11,434 bases of DNA from Candidatus Pacearchaeota archaeon (lineage in GTDB: Archaea; Nanobdellota; Nanobdellia; Pacearchaeales; GW2011-AR1): positions 1-11,434 of the forward strand of contig JASFEO010000024.1 in assembly GCA_050124795.1 (NCBI GenBank). Direction: 5' to 3'. Of the stretch, positions 1-6,424 are shown in pieces; within the stretch, counting starts at the first letter, position 1, and each line of letters opens with the position of its first letter. The notes under the pieces were generated by a model. It made no database searches and was not told the origin of the DNA. It saw only the letters and a list, made by a program, of their open reading frames with translations. A program made the translations under genes and the position numbers.

Positions 1-9
1 CGTCAGGAG

Positions 10-130
10 ACATAACAGGAATTTAACGAGAAATGCCTCAGCTCGGCATTTCTCCAAATTTGATTTTCCAGCTCTGTTCCGCTTCGCTTCACGAGGGAAA
101 ATCAAACTTCGTTAAATTCCGATGTTATGT
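10..130 (+). repeat. attC-like structured repeat, copy 1
   Basis: ACATAACA-GGAATTTAACGA (10-29) pairs with TCGTTAAATTCC-[GA bulge]-TGTTATGT (109-130). Ends ACATAAC and GTTATGT resemble attC R''/R'. Inner hairpins are 28-37/45-54 (10 bp) and 59-69/96-106 (11 bp), with GCTTCGC at 81-87. Confidence 0.75.
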
Positions 131-134
131 GCAA

Positions 135-161
135 TTTTGCCTTCGGCATCGTTGCACTAAA
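135..161 (+). repeat. Pre-attC module, copy A
   Basis: TTTTGCCTTCGGCATCGTTGCACTAAA is a near-direct repeat of 1306-1331. CGTTGCACTAAA is identical and the TGCC-TTC-GGCA hairpin covaries with TCCC-TTC-GGGA. Confidence 0.7.
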
Positions 162-186
162 TTTTAGGTCTTCCTGTTGGTCAGAC

Positions 187-295
187 GAATATAACAGCGA
201 TTAAGAGATTCCGAAGTCTTGCAGACTTCTCCATCCAAATTCGGTTTTGTGGGTTGCCTCAAAACCGAACTTCTCTTAATCGCGATGTTATATTC
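187..295 (+). repeat. attC-like structured repeat, copy 2
   Basis: GAATATAACA-GCGATTAAGAGA (187-208) pairs with TCTCTTAATCGC-[GA bulge]-TGTTATATTC (272-295). Inner hairpins are 213-219/223-229 and 240-249/260-269. Same architecture as copy 1 with compensatory substitutions. Confidence 0.75.
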
Positions 296-297
296 AA

Positions 298-333
298 TCG
301 TCGTGTAGATTTATTAAAAGGGGGCTGGCAAAG
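298..333 (+). repeat. Left arm of bipartite inverted repeat flanking the 283-aa ORF
   Basis: TCGTCGTGT (298-306), a 13-nt spacer, then GGGGGCTGGCAAAG (320-333). Both boxes are exact reverse complements of 1290-1298 and 1262-1275. Confidence 0.85.
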
Positions 334-336
334 AAA

Positions 337-1188
337 TTAATAGAAATCGGATAATCCTCTCAATCCAATCATTCTACCCATACCAAAATCACCGAATGAT
401 TGTCTATCTCTATGTCCAAAGGCTCCAAACTCAACAGGAATTCCTTGACTTTTTGCATAATCAAAAATTTCATCTCTTGGAAGTCTTCCCATAAATTCAG
501 GTTTTCCATTTTCAAAATCCCTTCTCATTCCTTCCACATTCAAATCCTCATGGATATACAGAATACTCTTTGGCTTAGCTTCATTTACAAAATCAAGTAA
601 TACTTTATGTAATTGTTCATCCCTTTCGCCAAAATATAAAGTATGAAGTCCTGTTTCTTCTGCTCCAAAAATTACATTTCTTGGATTTTGGACTTTTTCT
701 CTATCGGCGAGATACGCTTCAATAGTATCATAACCTAAATTTCTCGCAACACCTAAATCTCTTTTCATTTGGACTTGGATTGCATCAAGAGCTTTTTGTT
801 CTTTATCTTCTTTTGTTCCTTTATCAAATTTGATCATAGTATCTTCATTAGCAACCAAGTCAATTCCCAATTTATGTGATGTTGCAGAAATATATCTTGC
901 TCCTACTCGCTGTTCTAAATAAGGTATTGCTCCCCAAATATGTGGAGCTGCACCAGAAACAATAACTAAAGCTCCATCCCCATATTGAGATACGTGAGAT
1001 TCAACACATTCCTTTATTTCATCCCAACTAGTAGTATCTCTTGATATTGCTTCTGCTTTAGTATCTGTTTGGAGCCTTTGATAAACTGAGTTTACTCTAT
1101 CATCTGATAAATTAAATAGAGGATTATCTGAATTAGAAAAACCTCTTTCTTGCAATTCTCTTTCAAGTTTACCAATCTGTTTTTCCAT
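337..1188 (-). CDS. Hypothetical protein (283 aa), putative cassette cargo between attC-like copies 2 and 3
   Basis: Long ORF with soluble alpha/beta-like composition and a TATA-like TTTAAATA (1220-1213) upstream. No family recognised. Confidence 0.85.
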   Translation of the reverse strand: MEKQIGKLERELQERGFSNSDNPLFNLSDDRVNSVYQRLQTDTKAEAISRDTTSWDEIKECVESHVSQYGDGALVIVSGAAPHIWGAIPYLEQRVGARYISATSHKLGIDLVANEDTMIKFDKGTKEDKEQKALDAIQVQMKRDLGVARNLGYDTIEAYLADREKVQNPRNVIFGAEETGLHTLYFGERDEQLHKVLLDFVNEAKPKSILYIHEDLNVEGMRRDFENGKPEFMGRLPRDEIFDYAKSQGIPVEFGAFGHRDRQSFGDFGMGRMIGLRGLSDFY

Positions 1189-1212
1189 ATTAATATTAAT
1201 GATAATAACTAG

Positions 1213-1228
1213 TATTTAAATCTTTCTA
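1213..1228 (-). promoter_or_regulatory. Putative archaeal BRE/TATA promoter of the 283-aa ORF
   Basis: The minus strand reads purine-rich AGAAAGA then TTTAAATA, 25-32 nt before the ATG at 1188. Confidence 0.5.
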
Positions 1229-1261
1229 TTCTGTTACTACTTATATGTGACTAAATATACA

Positions 1262-1298
1262 CTTTGCCAGCCCCCAGAAAAAACAATAGACACGACGA
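1262..1298 (-). repeat. Right arm of bipartite inverted repeat flanking the 283-aa ORF
   Basis: CTTTGCCAGCCCCC (1262-1275), a 14-nt spacer, then ACACGACGA (1290-1298). Confidence 0.85.
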
Positions 1299-1300
1299 CT

Positions 1301-1349
1301 TTGAGTTTTCCCTTCGGGACGTTGCACTAAAACTCAATCCCTAACGGGA
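1301..1349 (+). repeat. Pre-attC module, copy B
   Basis: A TTGAGTTT/AAACTCAA stem (1301-1308/1330-1337) encloses TCCC-TTC-GGGA and CGTTGCACT, followed by a TCCC-TAAC-GGGA hairpin (1338-1349). Matches 135-161. Confidence 0.7.
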
Positions 1350-1474
1350 GAATATAACAGGAATTTAACGATTCCAGAGCCTTGCAGGCTCTTCCATCCA
1401 AATTTGATTTTCCAGCTCTGTTCCGCTTCGCTCTACGAGGGAAAATCAAACTTCGTTAAATTCCGATGTTAAAT
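1350..1474 (+). repeat. attC-like structured repeat, copy 3 (last of the array)
   Basis: GAATATAACAGGAATTTAACGA...TCGTTAAATTCC-GA-TGTTAAAT. The R' end GTTAAAT fits GTTRRRY exactly. 1397-1471 matches 53-127 at 73/75 nt, and the first inner hairpin AGAGCCT-TGC-AGGCTCT resembles copy 2. Confidence 0.75.
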
Positions 1475-1482
1475 ACAATAAA

Positions 1483-1725
1483 TCATAATCCTCTTTTCAA
1501 ACTCCGACTAGTCACAACAAAAATAAACAAAAAACTAAACAAATAAACATCCTGCCTTGAAACCAAACTCACCAAACTTCCAATTAAGCAAACTAAACAT
1601 ATTAATTTAAACCACTTTCCCCCACACTTTAATTCTTCTTTAGTTTTTTTGGCTAAAAAATCTCCAATAAAAAAACCCAAAACTAAAACAAAAATTCCAA
1701 TTCCAAATTTCAACACCTCCTGCAT
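1483..1725 (-). CDS. Small membrane protein (80 aa, about 3 TM helices)
   Basis: Three hydrophobic stretches. Starts 2 nt after the trpS stop, so probably co-transcribed. Confidence 0.75.
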   Translation of the reverse strand: MQEVLKFGIGIFVLVLGFFIGDFLAKKTKEELKCGGKWFKLICLVCLIGSLVSLVSRQDVYLFSFLFIFVVTSRSLKRGL

Positions 1726-1727
1726 TT

Positions 1728-2849
1728 TTAATTTTTATATAAAAACCTCTCAACCTCTTTTTTTGCTTTTTCTCTTTTTTCCTGATGAGTCTTCAAAAAC
1801 GCATTTATTTTTTCAATTAAATAATTTTTTAATTCATTTGTTAACATTTTCCCGGACTTATAATCATTATAAATTTTTTCCAACTTTTCATCATCAGGCT
1901 CAAAAAACATTTTCAAATATTGAAAACTCACGTCAATATCAGGATTGCCTCCTTTTTTTCTGTGCTCTTCAATTGTGTCCCGCCCCCCTGAAAAAGCATA
2001 TTTTTTTATTTTCTTTTCAACTTCTTTTGGGGAGTCTGTTGTCCAAATAGAATGTTCTCCTGATGCAGACATTTTTCCTCCAGTTCCAGTTAAAGGCGGC
2101 AGAAAAACACTATGCAAAATTCCTGGTTTGTAATATCCTAGTTTAGGCATGACATCCCGCGAAATTCTAAAATGAGGATCCTGGTCAATCCCCAAAGGAA
2201 TCAGGCATGGAATATTTTTTCCTTTCAATACCGACGGCAAAAAAGCAGGAACCGCCTGCATGCTTGTATAAAAAATGCTCCCGATATTCATGCTGTCATT
2301 AAAACCAAAACTTGTCTTAATCGTCGAGAAAGTTATCTTCTTTGCAACACGGCATGCATGCTTATACATTAAATCAGCATGTTTAGTGTCAATCAGAAAA
2401 TGCGTTTTTTTAGGATTAAACCCAAGAGCAATAACATCAAGCATGTCCTCATAAGTTGCTTTTGCAGTATCCTCAAGTGAAACATCTTTTTTATATAAAA
2501 ACTTTTCTTCATCAGGAAACTGAAACCACATCTCAACTCCGAATTTATCCTGCAGCCATTTGCACATCATCCACGGCATCAGGTGCCCGATATGAACCTT
2601 GCTTCCTTTTGAAGAGGCCCTCCCTGTATAAAGAAAAAAATTGTTGCCTTTTTCATACTCATCAAGAATCCAATTCAAATCACGATTAGCAAAAAAAACA
2701 TTTCTCCTCAAAAATAAATGCAAATCCCCAGTATGTTTTTTAACCCTCTTTAATAATTTCTCATCCAATCTTGAAACTCCAAATTCCTTTATTAACTTGC
2801 TGTAATTAATTTCCCCTGACACCTCATAAGGAGTTACTTTCTCTTTCAT
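1728..2849 (-). CDS. trpS: Tryptophan--tRNA ligase, archaeal/eukaryotic type
   Basis: Motifs VTPYEV, FLYTGR, HIGH, DEEKFL, IPCLIPLGIDQDPHFR, KMSAS, KKYAFSGGR and GGNPDIDVSFQYL. Confidence 0.97.
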   Translation of the reverse strand: MKEKVTPYEVSGEINYSKLIKEFGVSRLDEKLLKRVKKHTGDLHLFLRRNVFFANRDLNWILDEYEKGNNFFLYTGRASSKGSKVHIGHLMPWMMCKWLQDKFGVEMWFQFPDEEKFLYKKDVSLEDTAKATYEDMLDVIALGFNPKKTHFLIDTKHADLMYKHACRVAKKITFSTIKTSFGFNDSMNIGSIFYTSMQAVPAFLPSVLKGKNIPCLIPLGIDQDPHFRISRDVMPKLGYYKPGILHSVFLPPLTGTGGKMSASGEHSIWTTDSPKEVEKKIKKYAFSGGRDTIEEHRKKGGNPDIDVSFQYLKMFFEPDDEKLEKIYNDYKSGKMLTNELKNYLIEKINAFLKTHQEKREKAKKEVERFLYKN

Positions 2850-2861
2850 AAACTTCTAAAG

Positions 2862-2887
2862 AAAATGTATTTTTTAAAACTTTAGAA
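2862..2887 (+). repeat. 26-bp direct repeat, copy 1 (contains the trpS TATA box on the minus strand)
   Basis: AAAATGTATTTTTTAAAACTTTAGAA is 24/26 identical to 3959-3984. Confidence 0.7.
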
Positions 2888-2901
2888 ATTGCTTCGCAGG
2901 A

Positions 2902-3609
2902 TTATTTTTTGGCTACCTTCCACAATTGCTTGAAAAAACTTTTGTATCCCTCTGCAACTTGTTTGCTTTTTATCAGGATTGCATGATATGGTTCATCCCA
3001 AACAAAAATTGCAACCTTGTTTGCATAAACTGCTGTTGCGGATGGAAAAGATAGAAATTCCGGCAAAGTTCTAATTTCCATTAAACTTCTTTTTGCAATT
3101 TTTTTAGTATTTTTAGTTAAAACTTTAACTTTTATCTTTTTTTTATTCATTTGTTTATTGAATTGGGGATAAAAATAAGGCAGCACTTTTTCAATATATC
3201 CTTGTTCCTCAAAAACAACATAATTTTGCTTTTGCTTTAATATATCTTTCAATACTGTTTTCAAACCTTCTTTACCCTTGTAAACTTCAACAATAGATTC
3301 ACTTCTTGAGAAGCTTGTATAACTTTTTAATTTAGGCAAAATATTTTTTATCTCTGCTTCTCTTTCCTTAATATAATCTAATAATTTATCTGGATTAGAA
3401 GCAGAAAAATATTTTCTATTTTCTTTAATTACATAAGAGACCAAACCTTTTTCTCTTAATTTTTCTAATGTATCATAAATATTTGTTCTATGTAATCCAG
3501 TTTCTTGTGCAATTTTGCTTACAAGTGAATCCCCTAGTTTTAATAGAGCAACAAATACTTCAATTTCCCCTTTAGACAGCCCCGCTCTTTCTAATATTCT
3601 TTTGTCCAT
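2902..3609 (-). CDS. TrmB-family transcriptional regulator (N-terminal wHTH plus C-terminal effector domain)
   Basis: GLSKGEIEVFVALLKLG...IAQETGLHRTNIYDTLEKLREKGLV, VEVYKGKEG, YANKVAIF and a C-terminal FFKQLWK. Confidence 0.9.
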   Translation of the reverse strand: MDKRILERAGLSKGEIEVFVALLKLGDSLVSKIAQETGLHRTNIYDTLEKLREKGLVSYVIKENRKYFSASNPDKLLDYIKEREAEIKNILPKLKSYTSFSRSESIVEVYKGKEGLKTVLKDILKQKQNYVVFEEQGYIEKVLPYFYPQFNKQMNKKKIKVKVLTKNTKKIAKRSLMEIRTLPEFLSFPSATAVYANKVAIFVWDEPYHAILIKSKQVAEGYKSFFKQLWKVAKK

Positions 3610-3717
3610 AGTAATATGCTCATTTAATACTATATAAATATTGTTATCGCTGTCTTATATTAGACTACAAATATTTATATGTTTTTCCAAAATACAATTT
3701 ATAGGGGGTAACCAAAA
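3610..3717. promoter_or_regulatory. Divergent promoter region with candidate operator
   Basis: Minus-strand TATA TTTATATA (3638-3631) and plus-strand TTTATATG (3674-3681), with the imperfect palindrome GTCT-TATATT-AGAC (3652-3665) between them. SD-like GGGGGT lies at 3704-3709. Confidence 0.45.
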
Positions 3718-3960
3718 ATGTATAAAAAAATAGAAAGACAAAGCTACTATGGACCAGCAGACCAGCAAAGAGTCGCCAAAGCAGTTTTGCAATCTTTAGG
3801 AGTTCCAGGGCATTCAGCCGCAGTATATGAGCAAAATCATGATACTGGTTATCTTGGATTATGCATTACTTCAACTATTGTTGATATAAGTTTGCAAGAT
3901 AAAGGTTTAGCAAAAAAAGTTAACGAAGCTTTAAATCATCTGGGATTCAACGAGAGATAA
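3718..3960 (+). CDS. Hypothetical protein (80 aa), divergent from TrmB
   Basis: ATG preceded by SD-like GGGGGT and a TATA-like box. Fills the intergenic gap. Confidence 0.7.
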   Translation: MYKKIERQSYYGPADQQRVAKAVLQSLGVPGHSAAVYEQNHDTGYLGLCITSTIVDISLQDKGLAKKVNEALNHLGFNER

Positions 3961-3984
3961 AATGCAATTTTTAAAACTTTAGAA
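3959..3984 (+). repeat. 26-bp direct repeat, copy 2
   Basis: AAAATGCAATTTTTAAAACTTTAGAA is 24/26 identical to 2862-2887. Confidence 0.7.
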
Positions 3985-4034
3985 TATCCTTTCATCACAG
4001 AAGAATTTTTAAATAATAATTTGCTCATTTATCC

Positions 4035-6029
4035 ATGAAAAGGGGAATCCTCATAATACCGCTTGCATTAATTTTCATCTCAGTAATTTCTGCAGAAATA
4101 GTAATCACAACTCAGCCAGATGAAATCTATAACCTCGGAGACACAATAAAGACCCCAGTGACTGTGAAAGCGCTTAGCGATGTTTCAGGAAGTTTCCGGA
4201 TGAACCTTTTATGCAGCGGCCGCGAGATAAACTTTTACAAAAACGGAATAAACCTGCACTATGGCGAAGAAGAAAAATTAACTCCGTCGCTTGTTTTAAC
4301 AAAAGACATAATTGAAGGAATCATTGGAATGTGCAAATTAAAAGCATCCTTTGCAACAGAAGAACCAGTCTTAACAAACGAGTTCAAAATTTCAAATTCA
4401 TTAACAATCACTACAAAAGAAAATAAAACAGAATTCTATCCTGGAAAAAGTATTTTTATAGAGGGGGATGCAATAAAAGAAAACGGAAAAGGTGTGAACG
4501 GATTTTTAGATTTAACTGTTTTTTCAAGTAACGGAACAGAATCAAATTACCTCGAGACAATAACAAATGGAATTTTTTCTGCGAATATTTCACTCGATAA
4601 AAACGCAAAATCAGGAGATTATGTGATTAAGTTTTATGCATATGAAAGAAATTATTTGGGCGAGACAACTAACGAAGGAATATATGAGGAAGTTATTTCT
4701 GTTGTGCAAATTCCGACAAGTTTAGAAATTCTTTTTGAAACCCCGGATGTAGAGCCTGGAACTTCTGCCCAGATTAAAACTATTTTGCGTGATCAGACAG
4801 GAGAGAAAATTGAAGCAACAAAATCAATGATAAAAATAAAAGATAAAAATGGTTTTATTTTGCAGGAAAAAGAAATAACAAATGATGAATTTTTGGAATT
4901 TCCAATTTTGTATAATGAACCCCCTGCGCGATTTACAATTATCGCGGCATCAGGAAAATTAAATAATGAGGCAGAATTTAATGTTATTGGAAAAAAAGAT
5001 TTAAAAATTGAAATAATTAATAAAACACTTTTGATTACAAATATAGGCAATGTTCCTTATAATGATACTGCATTTGTAAAAATCGGAAACCAAACTCTTG
5101 AAATTAATGTTGCTCTTGAATTAGATGAAACAGAAAAATATATTTTAACTGCGCCCGACGGAGAATATGATATTGAAGTGTTGTCAAATGATAAAAGTCA
5201 TATTGCCGAGGGAGTAATGTTAACTGGAAAAGCAATTGAAGTGAAAGAAGCAAGCGAGAGAACAGCCTCAATAATCAAATATTCATTTATCTGGTTTTTT
5301 ATAATTGGAATTTGTGTTTTTGTTTCATTCATGGTTTTAAAGAAAGGATACAAAAGAAGTTTTTTTGGTTATATTTACCCTAAGAGAAAAGAAAAACAAG
5401 TCGCGTCTCCATTAAGAAAAAAATATTTAATTAATTCGCAAAACAGAGCAGAACTTTCTCTTTCAATAAAAGGCGAGAAACAAAATACAAGTTTAGTTTG
5501 TTTGAAAATAAAAAACTTAAAAGAAATTAGCGGAAGAAAAAACAGTGCTCAGGATACATTACAGGAAATTGCAAATTTGTCTGATTCAATGAAAGCTGCA
5601 ACTTATGAAAATAATGATAATTTATTTTTTATTTTAACGCCTCTAAAAACAAAGACTTTTAGAAATGAAAGAACAGCAGTGGACTTGGCAACTAAGATTA
5701 AAGAAATGTTAGCTCATCACAATAAAATGTATAATCAAAAAATTGAATTTGGTATTTCATTAAATAATGGAAATATCGTCGCTAAAGAAGAAGGTGGTGT
5801 TTTAAAATTCATGAGCATGGGAACAATGATTACAACTGCAAAAAAAATCTCAACTCTTTCAAATGAAGAAATTTTCTTAAGTGAAAAAATAAAAGAAAAA
5901 AATATTTCGGGTATAAAACTGGATAAAAAAACAAAAGACGGAATCACTTATTATACAATAAAAGAGTTAAGGGATTCTGATAAACATAAAAAGTTTATTA
6001 ATAATTTTTTAGAGAGATTGGATAAATAG
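4035..6029 (+). CDS. Single-pass membrane protein: signal peptide, beta-rich ectodomain, TM helix, degenerate class III nucleotide cyclase-like domain
   Basis: Signal peptide MKRGILIIPLALIFISVISA and a TM helix at about aa 416-435. The C-terminal SLVCLKIK...NDNLFFIL...IEFGISLNNGNIV...MGTMITTAKKI...EIFLSE follows the class III cyclase motif order. Confidence 0.8.
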   Translation: MKRGILIIPLALIFISVISAEIVITTQPDEIYNLGDTIKTPVTVKALSDVSGSFRMNLLCSGREINFYKNGINLHYGEEEKLTPSLVLTKDIIEGIIGMCKLKASFATEEPVLTNEFKISNSLTITTKENKTEFYPGKSIFIEGDAIKENGKGVNGFLDLTVFSSNGTESNYLETITNGIFSANISLDKNAKSGDYVIKFYAYERNYLGETTNEGIYEEVISVVQIPTSLEILFETPDVEPGTSAQIKTILRDQTGEKIEATKSMIKIKDKNGFILQEKEITNDEFLEFPILYNEPPARFTIIAASGKLNNEAEFNVIGKKDLKIEIINKTLLITNIGNVPYNDTAFVKIGNQTLEINVALELDETEKYILTAPDGEYDIEVLSNDKSHIAEGVMLTGKAIEVKEASERTASIIKYSFIWFFIIGICVFVSFMVLKKGYKRSFFGYIYPKRKEKQVASPLRKKYLINSQNRAELSLSIKGEKQNTSLVCLKIKNLKEISGRKNSAQDTLQEIANLSDSMKAATYENNDNLFFILTPLKTKTFRNERTAVDLATKIKEMLAHHNKMYNQKIEFGISLNNGNIVAKEEGGVLKFMSMGTMITTAKKISTLSNEEIFLSEKIKEKNISGIKLDKKTKDGITYYTIKELRDSDKHKKFINNFLERLDK

Positions 6030-6059
6030 TTTTATAAATTAGTTATTTAATAAGGTTTT

Positions 6060-6413
6060 ATGTGGACTAAGGAAGATAAAGATGATTTTTATCATAAGAC
6101 TGCTGGAAGAATCAACTCTGCAATATGTGGCATAAAGATTTTAGAAATCCCAGAAGATAAAAGAGCAAATTTGTCCGATGAAATAGATGAAGCAAGATCC
6201 ACTAATGAAGCATTAATTAATTCTATTAATCAACGAAAATATCTTTTTGAAACATGGATTGAACTAGCCTTAGAAAAATACAATGAATTTCCTGATAATT
6301 ATTCAAAAAAAGAATTAAGAGAATCTCTTAAAATTTCTAAAGAAATGGATTGGTTTGATAGACAAAAATTAAAAGGATTCCTCAACTGGTTTAGGGCGAG
6401 TGTTTATTATTAA
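6060..6413 (+). CDS. Hypothetical protein (117 aa)
   Basis: ORF with TTTATAAA (6031-6038) 22-29 nt upstream. Helical, charged composition. Confidence 0.7.
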   Translation: MWTKEDKDDFYHKTAGRINSAICGIKILEIPEDKRANLSDEIDEARSTNEALINSINQRKYLFETWIELALEKYNEFPDNYSKKELRESLKISKEMDWFDRQKLKGFLNWFRASVYY

Positions 6414-6424
6414 TTTGAAGGATT

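Noticed and set aside
10-295. tRNA or other known structured RNA
   Set aside because: Branched folds are present but there is no T-loop/D-loop consensus or anticodon arm. Loop registers fit DNA GNA triloops better than RNA tetraloops. A novel ncRNA is not fully excluded.
400-600. 66-aa plus-strand ORF
   Set aside because: Antisense shadow inside the 283-aa ORF.
53-1471. Diversity-generating retroelement TR/VR pair (53-127 versus 1397-1471)
   Set aside because: Both copies are non-coding, the two differences are a TC/CT swap rather than adenine-specific mutagenesis, and no reverse transcriptase is present.
10-1474. CRISPR array
   Set aside because: Units are over 100 bp, divergent in sequence and separated by 56 and about 1050 nt. 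There is no constant repeat-spacer period and no cas gene.
1350-1474. Simple bidirectional terminator after the trpS operon
   Set aside because: Too long and elaborate, lacks a U-tract, and identical architecture occurs at 10-295 in tandem with no gene between.
1649-2689. Plus-strand ORFs 1649-2050, 1945-2133, 2172-2372 and 2456-2689
   Set aside because: Antisense shadows of trpS and its neighbour with no recognisable motifs.
2850-2901. T-box or attenuator upstream of trpS
   Set aside because: Only about 50 nt of AT-rich spacer with a TATA box at leaderless spacing, so no room for such a leader.
4793-5947. Minus-strand ORFs 4793-5050 and 5735-5947
   Set aside because: Antisense shadows of the 664-aa gene.
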